This document shows positions 50,151 to 60,567 of a stretch of DNA of 64,000 nucleotides, one piece after another (the stretch's first letter is position 1; each line of letters begins with the position of its first letter). Both the position numbers and the translations under genes were made by a program. The notes under the pieces were generated by a model. The model was not told the DNA's origin, ran no database searches, and was given only the letters and a program-made list of their open reading frames with translations. Source of the stretch: Candidatus Multivoradales bacterium (GTDB lineage Bacteria > Acidobacteriota > Thermoanaerobaculia > Multivoradales > JAHEKO01); assembly GCA_965248055.1 (NCBI GenBank), contig CBDFIJ010000004.1:1-64000 (forward strand). Direction: 5' to 3'.

Positions 50151-51529
50151 TTGAGAGTTTCCGCAATATCTTCGCGATTAAGGACTTACGTAGACGACTG
50201 CTGTTTACCTTCGGCATGTTGGCGGTGTATCGGATCGGTTCTAACATCCCGATTCCGGGCGTCGACCCGATCGCACTGCTTGAGTTCATGGAGTCGGTTG
50301 CCAATACCTTCTTAGGATTCGTCAACACCTTTACCGGTGGCGCACTGGCGCGAGCGGCGGTTTTCGCCCTCGGCATCATGCCCTACATTACCGCGTCGAT
50401 CATTTTGCAGTTGATGACGGTGGTGGTTCCGCGACTGGAAAAACTCTCCAAAGAAGGAGAGATGGGGCGCAAGAAGATCACCCAGTACACCCGCTACGGA
50501 ACGATCCTGATTTCGGTCGTTCAGTCGATCGGCATCTCGATCTTCCTGGAGAGCGTGAGCACGCCGGGTGGCGCACCCTTGGTGCCCAATCCTGGTTGGG
50601 GTTTTCGTTTGATGACCATTCTCACCTTGACCACTGGCTGTGCGTTTGTCATGTGGCTGGGTGAGCAAATTACCGAGCGCGGCGTGGGCAATGGAATTTC
50701 TTTGATCATTTTCGCCGGGATCGTCATTGGGCTGCCGAGTGCCATCACTGGCACCATCGGCAAGCTGCAGAATGGGTCGCTCAACCTGATCACGGTGCTG
50801 TTGCTGATCGCCTTCATGCTTGCGGTTGTCGGCTTCGTGGTCTACATGGAGCGGGCGCAAAGACGGGTTCCGGTGCAGTACGCGAAACGGGTGGTTGGCC
50901 GTCGGGTTTATGGCGGGCAAAACACCTACTTGCCGCTGCGCCTGAATACTGCCGGAGTTATCCCGGTCATTTTTGCCAGTTCGGTGATCATGATCCCAAC
51001 CACCATTGCTGGCATGGTACCCAACGACTGGATTCAAAGAATGGCGGACTACGTCGCCTTTGGTCAGCCGATTTACTACTTGCTCTACATCGTGGCGATT
51101 ATCTTCTTCTGCTACTTCTACGTCTCGATCATTTTCAATCCGGTGGATACCGCTGAGAACATGCGTAAGTACGGAGGATTTGTTCCCGGGATTCGTTCGG
51201 GTAAGCGGACCTCTGAGTATCTGGATCGCATCTTGACCCGCTTGACCTTTGTCGGTGCGCTCTATCTGGCCGCAGTTTCGGTTCTGCCGGAATTGTTGCT
51301 GCGTGGCATTAAGCTCGGTGGTCTGCCGATTATTGGTCCCAAGCTAGAGGCGATGGTGCCGACGGCCATTACCAACGGGTTGGGGATTGAGTTCTTCTTC
51401 GGCGGTACCTCGCTGTTGATTGTGGTCGGCGTGGCGATGGACTTTGTACAACAGGTTGAATCACAGCTGGTGATGCGCAACTACGACGGCTTTTTGAAGT
51501 CCGGGAGGATCCGTGGTCGACGCGGGTAG
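50147..51529 (+). CDS. secY: Preprotein translocase subunit SecY
   Basis: ALGIMPYITASII, GNGISLIIF, GGTSLLI. Confidence 0.99.
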   Translation: MIESFRNIFAIKDLRRRLLFTFGMLAVYRIGSNIPIPGVDPIALLEFMESVANTFLGFVNTFTGGALARAAVFALGIMPYITASIILQLMTVVVPRLEKLSKEGEMGRKKITQYTRYGTILISVVQSIGISIFLESVSTPGGAPLVPNPGWGFRLMTILTLTTGCAFVMWLGEQITERGVGNGISLIIFAGIVIGLPSAITGTIGKLQNGSLNLITVLLLIAFMLAVVGFVVYMERAQRRVPVQYAKRVVGRRVYGGQNTYLPLRLNTAGVIPVIFASSVIMIPTTIAGMVPNDWIQRMADYVAFGQPIYYLLYIVAIIFFCYFYVSIIFNPVDTAENMRKYGGFVPGIRSGKRTSEYLDRILTRLTFVGALYLAAVSVLPELLLRGIKLGGLPIIGPKLEAMVPTAITNGLGIEFFFGGTSLLIVVGVAMDFVQQVESQLVMRNYDGFLKSGRIRGRRG

Positions 51530-52094
51530 CCGACCCTGGCGACTGCTGATCGTGGGTGCTCCTGGTTCCGGCAAAGGAACTCAGGCGGCGCGCTTGTGCG
51601 ATCGGTTGGGAATCCCGGCGATTTCCACCGGCGAGATGCTGCGCGATGCCATGGCATCCGAGAGTGAGCTGGGCAAGCATGTGGAATCGATTGTTCAGTC
51701 GGGGGCCTTGGTCAGCGACGAAGTGATGGAAGAGGTTCTGGCCGAGCGTTTGGCAGAGAGCGACGCTCGGCGAGGATTCTTGCTCGACGGCTATCCCCGC
51801 ACTGAAGCGCAAGTGGCGGCTTTGGACCGTATCTTGGAAGCTCAGGACACCGCGGTCGATTTGGTGATCTATCTCGATGTTGCGGAAGAAGAGTTGATGG
51901 GAAGAGCCCTGGGAAGGGGTCGCGCAGACGACACCGAAGAAGTCATCCGTCACCGGATTCAGGTCTACCGCGCCCAAACCGAGCCGATCATGGCGATCTA
52001 TCGGGAGCGTGGACTGTTGAGCGCAGTGGACGGACGCCAAGACATCGATGCGGTGGCTGAGGCCGCTTGGTCGGCGCTCGAGGAAGCAACCTAG
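51513..52094 (+). CDS. adk: Adenylate kinase (short-LID type)
   Basis: GAPGSGKGT, STGEMLR, LDGYPR, GRADD. Confidence 0.97.
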   Translation: MVDAGSRPWRLLIVGAPGSGKGTQAARLCDRLGIPAISTGEMLRDAMASESELGKHVESIVQSGALVSDEVMEEVLAERLAESDARRGFLLDGYPRTEAQVAALDRILEAQDTAVDLVIYLDVAEEELMGRALGRGRADDTEEVIRHRIQVYRAQTEPIMAIYRERGLLSAVDGRQDIDAVAEAAWSALEEAT

Positions 52095-52850
52095 ATGGTC
52101 TTAAAGACTGCCCCTGAAATTGAACTGATGGACGTTGCCAACCGCATCGTGCATCAAGTCTTGGCCGGGATCGCCGAACGCGTTGCACCGGGTGTCACCA
52201 CGCTGGAGTTGGATGAGTTTGCCGAACAGACGATTCGCGACGCCGGTGGAGTTCCGGCGTTTTTGAACTACAAGGGATTCCCGGCAACGCTATGCACTTC
52301 GGTCAACGACGTCATCGTTCACGGCATCCCCAATCGAGTGGCTCTGGAAGAGGGCGACATCATTGGGGTCGACTGCGGAGTGCTTTATCAGGGATACTAT
52401 GGGGACGCGGCGCGGACCTTTTCGGTTGGTGCCGTCGATGGTGAAACACAACGGCTGCTGGACGCGACTCGGGAGGCACTCGACATCGCAGTGCAGCGTG
52501 CCCAAGTGGGTGCTCGCCTTTCGGATATCGGTCACGCGGTAGAACACCGGGTGACTCAAGAAGGCTTCACAGTGGTGCGGGATTTTGTCGGTCATGGGAT
52601 CGGTGTCTCGCTGCACGAAGAGCCGCAGGTTCCCAACTACGGGCCGAGCGGTATGGGGCCAACGCTCCGACCTGGCTTGGTTCTTGCGATTGAACCGATG
52701 GTGAATGCCGGTAGTGCTGGTGTGAAGACAGACGCGGACGGTTGGACCGCCCGCACAGATGATGGTTCGCGTTCGGCGCATTTTGAATATTCAGTGGCGA
52801 TCACAGAGGATGGCCCACGAATTCTTGGCGTTGATCAGGTCGCAGCGTAG
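52095..52850 (+). CDS. map: Methionine aminopeptidase type I
   Basis: HGIP, GHGIG, HEEP, AIEPM. Confidence 0.98.
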   Translation: MVLKTAPEIELMDVANRIVHQVLAGIAERVAPGVTTLELDEFAEQTIRDAGGVPAFLNYKGFPATLCTSVNDVIVHGIPNRVALEEGDIIGVDCGVLYQGYYGDAARTFSVGAVDGETQRLLDATREALDIAVQRAQVGARLSDIGHAVEHRVTQEGFTVVRDFVGHGIGVSLHEEPQVPNYGPSGMGPTLRPGLVLAIEPMVNAGSAGVKTDADGWTARTDDGSRSAHFEYSVAITEDGPRILGVDQVAA

Positions 52851-52870
52851 GCGGTCAAGAGAGGTTTAGT

Positions 52871-53092
52871 TTGGCGAAAGAAGAAGCAATAGAAGTCACG
52901 GCAACTGTGGTCGAGCCCTTACCCAACGCGATGTTTCGTGTTGAGTTGGAGAACGGGCACAAAATCCTGGCACATATTTCCGGCAAGATGCGCAAGCATT
53001 TCATCCGTATTTTGCCCGGTGACCAGGTCAAAGTTGAGTTGTCGCCGTACGATCTGGAGCGCGGTCGCATTGTCTACCGCCTGAGGAATTAG
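52871..53092 (+). CDS. infA: Translation initiation factor IF-1
   Basis: [16 protein letters not shown]. Confidence 0.99.
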   Translation: MAKEEAIEVTATVVEPLPNAMFRVELENGHKILAHISGKMRKHFIRILPGDQVKVELSPYDLERGRIVYRLRN

Positions 53093-53094
53093 CG

Positions 53095-53208
53095 ATGAAG
53101 GTTCGAACGTCAGTCAAAAGAATGTGTCCAAAGTGCAAAGTGGTTCGTCGCAAGGGCGTAGTACGCGTGATTTGCGAAAACCCGAAGCACAAGCAGAGAC
53201 AGGGATAG
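53095..53208 (+). CDS. rpmJ: 50S ribosomal protein L36 (Zn-binding form)
   Basis: My translation: [37 protein letters not shown] (too short for the ORF track). Confidence 0.98.
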   Translation: MKVRTSVKRMCPKCKVVRRKGVVRVICENPKHKQRQG

Positions 53209-53220
53209 GAGTAGCAAAGA

Positions 53221-53601
53221 ATGGCGCGTATTGCCGGGATCGATCTTCCACCTCAGAAACAGGTCTGGGTCGGTCTCACTTATATTCACGGTATCGGTCG
53301 GACTCGTGCTTACCAGGTCCTCGAGACCGCAGGGGTTGACCCCACGACCGCGGTCAAGGATCTGACCGAAGAACAGGCACTGGGTATCCGACAAGCGATT
53401 CAAGAAAGTATTCGGGTAGAGGGCGATCTTCGTAAAGAGGTCACTCAGAACATCAAGAGGCTGATGGAAATTGGCTCTTATCGCGGGGTCCGGCATAGTC
53501 GCGGACTACCGGTTCGTGGTCAACGAACGTCCACCAATGCTCGTTCACGCAAGGGACCGCGTCGGATGGCGGTCGCGGGCAAGAAGAAGGTCACCAAGTA
53601 G
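53221..53601 (+). CDS. rpsM: 30S ribosomal protein S13
   Basis: [14 protein letters not shown]. Confidence 0.99.
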   Translation: MARIAGIDLPPQKQVWVGLTYIHGIGRTRAYQVLETAGVDPTTAVKDLTEEQALGIRQAIQESIRVEGDLRKEVTQNIKRLMEIGSYRGVRHSRGLPVRGQRTSTNARSRKGPRRMAVAGKKKVTK

Positions 53602-53619
53602 GCCGCGGAGTAATACGAT

Positions 53620-54018
53620 ATGGCAAAGCAGGGTAAGGACGGAAAAGCGCGTAAGCGCAAAGAAAAGCGCATCGTTCCGCACGGAGTGGTGAGCATCCAC
53701 GCAACCTTTAACAACACGGTGGTTTCGATCTCCGATCCTGAAGGAAATGTGGTGACTTGGTCATCGGCCGGTCGCAGCGGCTTCAAAGGTTCGCGTAAGG
53801 GAACACCGTTTGCTGCGCAGGTGGCAGCGCGACAGGCTGGTCAACAAGCGATGAGTTTGGGCATGCACACCGTTGATGTCAAGGTGAAAGGTCCTGGAGC
53901 TGGTAGAGAAGGGGCGGTACGGGCGCTTTCGGCGGCCGGGTTGACCGTCAAATCGATCAGAGACATCACTCCGATTCCGCACAATGGTTGTCGACCACGT
54001 AAGCGTCGTCGGGTATAG
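53620..54018 (+). CDS. rpsK: 30S ribosomal protein S11
   Basis: [15 protein letters not shown]. Confidence 0.99.
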   Translation: MAKQGKDGKARKRKEKRIVPHGVVSIHATFNNTVVSISDPEGNVVTWSSAGRSGFKGSRKGTPFAAQVAARQAGQQAMSLGMHTVDVKVKGPGAGREGAVRALSAAGLTVKSIRDITPIPHNGCRPRKRRRV

Positions 54019-54071
54019 AGAGAAAACGATCGCCCGTTTAACGCGGGCAAGAAATACGAAGGAGTCTGGCA

Positions 54072-55043
54072 ATGTATTGGAAGGGATTTCAACGCCCCAA
54101 TGTTTTGGAGGTAGACGGCGAAACGCTGACGCCAACATACGGGCAGTTCACCGCGCAGCCTTTTGAGCGCGGCTTTGCAACCACTGTTGGTAACGCACTC
54201 CGGCGTTGCTTGCTGTCGTCGATCGAAGGCGCAGCGGTGACCGCGGTAGAGATCGAGGGCGCTCTGCACGAGTTCTCTTCGGTGCCGGGTGTTTTGGAAG
54301 ACGTCACCCACTTGATCTTGAACCTCAAACGGGTGCCTTTGGTGCTGCACGGCGACGAGGCGAGAGTGGTCGAGGTTAAGGCTAAGGGCCCAGGAGTGGT
54401 GACCGCCGCAGCTTTGGCGATCGACTCCCAGATTGAGGTAGTGGATCCCGATGTCGAGATCGCCCACTTGAACGCCGACGGTGAGCTCAACATGCGGGTT
54501 CGTATTGCCAATGGTCGCGGATACGTCAGCGCCGAGAGCAACATGGACGAGAGCATGGGGATCGGTTGGATTCCTGTGGACTCGCTGCATAGTCCGGTGC
54601 ATAAGGTGAATTACCACGTTGAGGACGCCCGTCTAGGTCGTTCGACCGATTACGAGCGGCTGCTGATGGACGTTTGGACCAACGGTGCGATCGAGCCGCG
54701 CGAAGCGGTTTCGTTGGCTTCGAACCTTCTGCAGGCGCATTTGGCAATCTTTATTGAGTCCGAAGTCCAAGTGGGCGAGCCGGAGGAAGAGGTGTCTACT
54801 GCGGGGTCGGATCTGTCGGACCTTCTTTCCCGAAGTGTCGACGATTTGGATTTGTCCTCTCGTTCGGCGAACTCTCTGAAGAACGCCGACATCAAGACTT
54901 TGAGTGATCTGGTCTCTCGCTCTGAGCGCCAGATGCTGGAGACCAAGAACTTCGGTCAGAAGTCCTTGGAAGAGGTCCAAGAAGTGTTGGGCCGTCTCGG
55001 CTTGTCGTTTGGCATGGCCAGTGGCGATCAGGCAGCGGTCTAG
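54072..55043 (+). CDS. rpoA: RNA polymerase alpha subunit
   Basis: PFERGF.TT.GNALRR, NFGQKSL. Confidence 0.99.
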   Translation: MYWKGFQRPNVLEVDGETLTPTYGQFTAQPFERGFATTVGNALRRCLLSSIEGAAVTAVEIEGALHEFSSVPGVLEDVTHLILNLKRVPLVLHGDEARVVEVKAKGPGVVTAAALAIDSQIEVVDPDVEIAHLNADGELNMRVRIANGRGYVSAESNMDESMGIGWIPVDSLHSPVHKVNYHVEDARLGRSTDYERLLMDVWTNGAIEPREAVSLASNLLQAHLAIFIESEVQVGEPEEEVSTAGSDLSDLLSRSVDDLDLSSRSANSLKNADIKTLSDLVSRSERQMLETKNFGQKSLEEVQEVLGRLGLSFGMASGDQAAV

Positions 55044-55081
55044 AAAACGGCAGAGGCTTTCGAAGGTAGAGGACAGCAAAG

Positions 55082-55462
55082 ATGCGACACAACAAAAAAG
55101 GCCGGAAGCTAGGGCGCACTACCGCGCACCGCACGGCTATGTTCCGCAACCAATTGGCTTCGCTGGTCGAACACGGCCGGATCGTGACCACGATTTCTAA
55201 GGCCAAAGAGATGCGCTCGGTTGCCGAACGGGTGATTACTCGGGGTCGTCAAGACACCGTCCCGGCGCGCCGTTGGGTACGCCGTTGGCTGCCCAATCGC
55301 GATCACGTGAGCAAGGTGTTCGACGAGATCTCACCGCGCTACGCCAATCGCCCAGGTGGATACACACGGGTGACCAAGCTTGGCCCGCGCAAGGGCGACG
55401 GAGCCGAGATGGCGGTTTTGGAGTTCGTCGATGGTGAGGCAGAGAGTGACGAGTCGGCATAA
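55082..55462 (+). CDS. rplQ: 50S ribosomal protein L17
   Basis: MRH, RPGGYTR, GDGAEMA. Confidence 0.99.
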   Translation: MRHNKKGRKLGRTTAHRTAMFRNQLASLVEHGRIVTTISKAKEMRSVAERVITRGRQDTVPARRWVRRWLPNRDHVSKVFDEISPRYANRPGGYTRVTKLGPRKGDGAEMAVLEFVDGEAESDESA

Positions 55463-55485
55463 AGTCTGCTACCGGTAAGAAAACC

Positions 55486-55520
55486 AGCCCACCGCGGATG
55501 CGTTCCCGGTGGGCTTTTTT
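55486..55520 (+). terminator. Rho-independent terminator after rplQ
   Basis: AGCCCACCG ... CGGTGGGCT stem followed by a T tract. Confidence 0.85.
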
Positions 55521-55832
55521 CTGGACACTGCTTTCTAGAGGACGGTTTCTAGAAAACAGTTTCTAAACGCGGGTCTCTGGGCGCCAGATTCTGGGAGCCA
55601 ACTCTGACAGCCAGTTCTGGAGAGGAGGAATTTCTTGGCGACGTTACCTCGGTAGATATGCGCGCTCTGGGGTCGTCTTGAGACCAGCAAAGCTGCGCAT
55701 AGCCCCACGACAGCCGACGGGGCTCTGCTCGGCCGAATGGCGAGCGTAGCATTATACCAACTGAGTCTCTGGGATCGACTAGGTCTCTAACTCGACGATA
55801 CGTAAAAAAACTGTATTTGGAGCGACCGGGAC

Positions 55833-57917
55833 CTACTCGTCCTCGTCGGGCTTTTTCGAGGCAGCGATGATCTTGTCGCGAATCATCTTGGGCACTTCTT
55901 CGTAGTGTGAGTACTCCATGTGGAAGCTCGCACGACCTTGGGTCATCGCTCGCAACGCCGAGGCATAGTTAAGCATCTCAGACATCGGCACTGTCGCTTT
56001 GACAATCTGACGGCTGCCCTGAGTCTCCATCCCGTGCGGTCGTCCTCGCCGCTGCGAAAGATCGCCGATGATGTCGCCCATGGCTTCTTCGGTGGTGGTG
56101 ATATCAACCTCCATCACCGGCTCGATCAAAGTGATCCCAGCTTTGGTAATGGCGTCTTTGAGCGCCAGCGACCCGGCGATCTTAAAAGCCATCTCAGAGG
56201 AGTCGACGTCATGGTACTGGCCATCGAGCAAGCGAACGCGGATGTCGACCAACGGGTACCCGGCTAGGAATCCCTTCTGGCGCACCTCTTGAATCCCTTT
56301 CTCGACCGCCGGTCTGAATCCCTGAGGGATCGATCCGCCAAAAATCTGATCGACGAATTCGAAGTCCCCACCTCTGGGAAGTGGTTCAATCTCGATCTTA
56401 CAATCGGCAAACTGACCGCGACCGCCACTCTGCTTTTTGTGACGTCCATGCCCCGGAGCTTTGCGGCTGATGGTCTCCCGATAGGGGACCTTGGGTGGAT
56501 GGACCACCACTTCGACGCCGAAGCGCGACTTGAGCTTGGCGACGGTAATGTCGATGTGTAAATGCCCCGCGCCAGAGAGCAAGTGCTCGTGGGTTTCCGC
56601 GTCTCGGGTCTCGCTCAGGGTTGGGTCTTCCTCCATCAACCGATGCAGGGCTTCGCCGATTTTCTCCTCGTCACCCTTGGACTTGGGTTCAATCGCGAAT
56701 GACATCGCGGGCTCGGGGATCGGTACCCAGCCCAGTTTGAGAGGGCTCTGCTGATGGCAAAAGGTGTGGCCGGTCTCCGCAGTTTTCAACTTGGCGACGC
56801 CGCCAATATCTCCGGCGATCAAAGATGGCGTGGCAGTGCCTTGCTTGCCCTGCATCTGGAGCAGAGATCCCATGCGGTCAGATTGCTCGGCTGAGGCGTT
56901 CCAAACCTGCGAGTCCGACTCTGCGGTGCCGCGTACCACCCGGAAAAGCGACAGTTTGCCACTGTAGGGGTCGTTCAACGTCTTGAAGACCAGGAGCGCC
57001 ATTGAGCCGTCGGGGCTGGTCTCCACCTCAATCCCTTCCTCGCCACCAATATCGGTCGCCGGGAACGGGCGCTCATTGGGTGCGGGCGCCATGTCAACCA
57101 GCAAGTCCATCAGGCCCTCGGTTCCCAACATATGAACCGGGGCACCCACGGTGACCGGGAAGATCTTGCGCTTGCGCACTGCGGAATGGAGACCCGCTAC
57201 CAATCGTTCGTCGTCGAGAGTCCCTGAGTCAAAATACTCTTCCATCAAGGCGTCAGAGGTTTCCGCCACCGCTTCGATCAATTGGGCGCGCGCTGCCTTG
57301 GCTGCGTCCGCCAGCTCCTCAGGAATCTCGATCTCCGATGCCTTGCCGGTTCCGTCGAGTTGGTATTCGTAGGCCTTCTTGTGCAACAGGTCCACCGAGC
57401 CGCAAAAATCATGTTCTGCGCCCAGCGGCAGTTGGGTGGCCACCACCGCGCGCCCGAACCGTTCCCGCAACTCTTCCATCCTGGCGCCGTAATCAGCCCG
57501 CTCCCGATCCATCATCGTCAGATGAAACGCCAGCGGGATGTCGTTCCTGCGGGCGAAGTTCCAAACCTTGTCGGTGTTGACCTCGATCCCAGCCACCGCG
57601 TTGACACACAACAGAGTCAGATCGGTTACCCGCATCGCGGCTGAGGTGTCGGTAAAGAAAATTCCGTACCCTGGGCAATCCAGCAAGTTGATCTTGTATT
57701 TACGCCAGGGAATGAAACAGGGAGCCACGCCGATCGAAATCTTGCGTTCGATCTCTTCAGGATCGAAGTCGGTCACCGTGTTGCCGTCGTCCACCTTGGT
57801 CAACCGGTTGACCGCTCCAGAGGTGTAGAGCATGGCACTCACCAGCGACGTTTTGCCGGTGTCGCTGTGGCCGACAACCGCAATGTTACGGATCTGTTCG
57901 GGGGATTCGACCTTCAT
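55833..57917 (-). CDS. Elongation factor G-like protein (EF-G2 paralogue)
   Basis: [36 protein letters not shown]; full EF-G length. Confidence 0.93.
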   Translation of the reverse strand: MKVESPEQIRNIAVVGHSDTGKTSLVSAMLYTSGAVNRLTKVDDGNTVTDFDPEEIERKISIGVAPCFIPWRKYKINLLDCPGYGIFFTDTSAAMRVTDLTLLCVNAVAGIEVNTDKVWNFARRNDIPLAFHLTMMDRERADYGARMEELRERFGRAVVATQLPLGAEHDFCGSVDLLHKKAYEYQLDGTGKASEIEIPEELADAAKAARAQLIEAVAETSDALMEEYFDSGTLDDERLVAGLHSAVRKRKIFPVTVGAPVHMLGTEGLMDLLVDMAPAPNERPFPATDIGGEEGIEVETSPDGSMALLVFKTLNDPYSGKLSLFRVVRGTAESDSQVWNASAEQSDRMGSLLQMQGKQGTATPSLIAGDIGGVAKLKTAETGHTFCHQQSPLKLGWVPIPEPAMSFAIEPKSKGDEEKIGEALHRLMEEDPTLSETRDAETHEHLLSGAGHLHIDITVAKLKSRFGVEVVVHPPKVPYRETISRKAPGHGRHKKQSGGRGQFADCKIEIEPLPRGGDFEFVDQIFGGSIPQGFRPAVEKGIQEVRQKGFLAGYPLVDIRVRLLDGQYHDVDSSEMAFKIAGSLALKDAITKAGITLIEPVMEVDITTTEEAMGDIIGDLSQRRGRPHGMETQGSRQIVKATVPMSEMLNYASALRAMTQGRASFHMEYSHYEEVPKMIRDKIIAASKKPDEDE

Positions 57918-58189
57918 CCATACCTCCATGCGTGCTGGCCGGAGATCACAGGACGAGTCCGAAGAAGGCCTTGATTTGGGCCTACTTTACCGGCCAAAAG
58001 GGTCGCCAATATAACACAGCGGAAATGGCTGATTTCAGCTGTTTAGTCGATCGCTGCCTAGCGGCCACTATTTGCTTCTCGCTATGCTTGGGCGACTATT
58101 CAACATCGGCCGATGTTACTGAATTCGAACGTTACTGGCGTCCACACTCGAGAGAGACTGCTAATGTATGGAGGTGTTTTAGTCATTGG

Positions 58190-58295
58190 CGCAGCAGGGC
58201 CAACAGCCGTCGGATCAAGAAGGCCTTGACTCCACTGCTGGGCAGGGAACAACTATCCAAAAGCGCTGTGTCTGGGGTGGTATCTCGGCTGAAAG
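58190..58295 (+). pseudogene. IS256-type transposase fragment (different element)
   Basis: RRIKKALTPLLGREQLSKSAVSGVVSRL resembles the IS256 HTH region. Confidence 0.5.
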
Positions 58296-58340
58296 TGAAG
58301 CGGCTCCGTTTTGAGGCATTGCCATCAAGTCGAGTTTTGA

Positions 58341-58364
58341 GGCCCTTCGACTACGCTCAGGGCC
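58341..58364. repeat. REP-like hairpin
   Basis: GGCCCT TCGACTACGCTC AGGGCC; resembles the CCCTTCGACTACGCTCAGGG short repeat class. Confidence 0.5.
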
Positions 58365-58525
58365 GCCTGCGGCCGGATGAGTGACCCGCACCCTACTAGC
58401 AAGCTAGGAGGGCGATGTCCCAGAATTTAGTTGGGTGCCCACACGCCTTTGGCGCGATGGTGCCCCCAAGCGGTACGAACCCCTTGCACGTTGAGGTGGA
58501 TCCCGGCGAGCGGGTCTAAGGCCGC

Positions 58526-58768
58526 CTAACAGCGGTTGGCTAAAGTCTCGTTGTAGGCAAGGGCGCCAACGTCGCGCGCAAGATCCTCCAGGTCGACCCA
58601 GGCGTCCAGAAGCCAGCCCTCCGCGCTTACGCGGTAGAACCATCCGGTGCCCCGACCGAAGCTCCGAGCCTTTCGTAAGCGTTCACCCTTGGGCCGCAGT
58701 TTTCGATTGACGCGCTTTATCAGCGCCCATTCCGAAACGTAGTTTGTGGTGATTTGTTTTCCTGACAC
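58526..58768 (-). CDS. Small basic hypothetical protein (phage-like)
   Basis: AGGAGG RBS upstream of GTG; 80 aa. Confidence 0.6.
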   Translation of the reverse strand: MSGKQITTNYVSEWALIKRVNRKLRPKGERLRKARSFGRGTGWFYRVSAEGWLLDAWVDLEDLARDVGALAYNETLANRC

Positions 58769-59069
58769 TTTGACCTCCTAGTGACGCGTTCGCGCCGGTT
58801 GAAAGGTCCGGGAGTGCCAATCCGTGTCAGGTTGAGGAAGCCGTTTCCGCACCCGGCTGCGGGCTACCTCGTAGTCCAGATGGTATCACAACGACGATCC
58901 CCGCCCCTCCCAACCAACTCACCAACCAAGCGCGTCCCGCATCGCCTCCAGTGTTCAATCAACAGGCTAGCAGGGTGTCTGTGGTGGTCGCTGTAAACTT
59001 GCTGTAATCGACCTCCGTTCAGAATGGACGCCTAAGCGACGATCTCAAACCGTCTATGGCAGGTCGTCC

Positions 59070-59420
59070 CTATTTCCATGGACGGCGCAGTTTTCCGATT
59101 CCGACAAAGCCAGCGATGGGGTCGTCGGGCGCGTCATCTTGTTGCTCCGACTGCGCGCGCTTCTTGTCCGAGTCGAAGACCCCGTCTGGAAGATCGAAGT
59201 AGTCGATGATTTGTTTCAAATAAACCTTTTTCACTTCACTTTTTTTGCCGTTTGGGAGCGGTACTGGGTAGGAAATGTCACCCTCCGTCGTATCGTAGCG
59301 AACGAGGCTCCAATGGGAACCACCACGCCTATGCGATTCGAAGTCAAAGACTCCATGGCCCTTTAGGGCCTTTAGGATTTTCTTGGCGGCAAGCTGTCTA
59401 GGAAGTCGCTGCTGCGCCAT
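59070..59420 (-). CDS. HicA-like toxin
   Basis: KILKALK..G...GGSHW...YPVP...EVKKVYLKQI HicA-like pattern; overlaps the upstream antitoxin. Confidence 0.65.
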   Translation of the reverse strand: MAQQRLPRQLAAKKILKALKGHGVFDFESHRRGGSHWSLVRYDTTEGDISYPVPLPNGKKSEVKKVYLKQIIDYFDLPDGVFDSDKKRAQSEQQDDAPDDPIAGFVGIGKLRRPWK

Positions 59421-59769
59421 ACGAAGTTAAGCAGTCGACGGAGATGGACCTAATTGCCATCTCTTCCGAGGAATCGACAACCGTAGCCTTATGGGCCGCT
59501 TGGAGTTGCTGCAACACGCTCGCTTGCTTTACGGCTCTCCATTGCTCCCACCTCTCATTTGAAGCTTGACGCCAGATGGTGTCTAGGTTTCCCCTTGACT
59601 GAGCGAACGACAATTGAGATTCGATCGCTTCAATCAGTTCAACTGCAGCGGCATCGGCTGTGGTTCCAGTTCCGATTACGTTCAGCTCAAGCGCAAGCGC
59701 TACCCACATTCCGTCTTCTCGATAGAGAAGAACCTCGAAATCCAGTCCACTAGTTGTTTTGGGTGACAT
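59398..59769 (-). CDS. HicB-like antitoxin
   Basis: EVLLYREDGMWVALALELNVIGTGTTADAAAVELIEAIE, HicB RNase-H-like N-terminal pattern. Confidence 0.7.
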   Translation of the reverse strand: MSPKTTSGLDFEVLLYREDGMWVALALELNVIGTGTTADAAAVELIEAIESQLSFAQSRGNLDTIWRQASNERWEQWRAVKQASVLQQLQAAHKATVVDSSEEMAIRSISVDCLTSYGAAATS

Positions 59770-60162
59770 ATTGCTTGCCCTTCTGCGCGCTACGATGGTA
59801 GCACCCTCTCATCCTCTAGCTCCCATGACTACGCAAGAACCCTACCAAAAGATGACACATTTTGTTGCATATTTGGCACACATGTTTCACCGAACGCCCA
59901 AAGAAAGCCTGCTACTGTCTACGTAATTGAGGTCAAATTTCAACTCACACTGAAACCCAAATAGGCACTGTTTCGCGGCCACCTTGGTGACCACACCAGC
60001 ATGGTTCACCACCCGTACTCATCCCGCCGGTCAATGTAAGGCCAATCCGTCTGATTCAGCTCTTCCTCTACCTCTTTGGCCTTATCGTCCGCCAACTCAC
60101 CCACTGCCTCGATCATCTCAACCCGCAACCGTCGCCACTCGATCTTGTCCATCTCAGGGTGA

Positions 60163-60408
60163 CGGACTAGGCGAAATGTTTCCAAGGGGCAGCAGGCTAT
60201 GGCAGTAGCGAAGCTGTTCCCAGATGGAGGAAGGAGTATATCGAATATACCTGGAGCCGAAATTTCAAAGCAGTACATCAGTCAAGCCCGCACCGTTCTA
60301 CGTGAAGCGGTCGATCTAGCGGATGCTGTTTCTGTTGGTACTTCGACGCTAAGCTCAGCCTACAAAACGGTTCAAGACCGCAAGCGAGTGCTCCTTCAAC
60401 AACCGTAG
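60163..60408 (+). pseudogene. Fragment of a phage ParB-associated HTH-like protein
   Basis: RRNVSKGQQAMAVA...ISQARTVLREAVDLADAV..G...L..AY; in-frame TGA just upstream. Confidence 0.4.
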
Positions 60409-60505
60409 TGGTTGCTCGGTCTCGGCATTTCACCGTCACCACTCCGTCGGACCGCCTACGACCAAGCAAGCGGCGGCAATCAGGACAACGGACATCTTCA
60501 ATCAT
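60278..60505 (-). CDS. Com-like zinc-ribbon protein
   Basis: DVRCPDCRRLLG...VKCR. Confidence 0.5.
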   Translation of the reverse strand: MIEDVRCPDCRRLLGRRRSDGVVTVKCRDRATTTVVEGALACGLEPFCRLSLASKYQQKQHPLDRPLHVERCGLD

Positions 60506-60567
60506 CGCTAGTTGGCAGGTTGCACCGAGGTACTACGACGCCTGCCGTCGCCGGACGGAGGCACGCC

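Noticed and set aside
55530-55800. Short TTTCTAG-like repeats between the rplQ terminator and the EF-G paralogue
   Set aside because: Too short and irregular to distinguish from chance
58395-58410. CTAGCAAGCTAGG, resembling the integrase arm-type repeat at 20373
   Set aside because: Only 7 bp are shared and no att core is nearby
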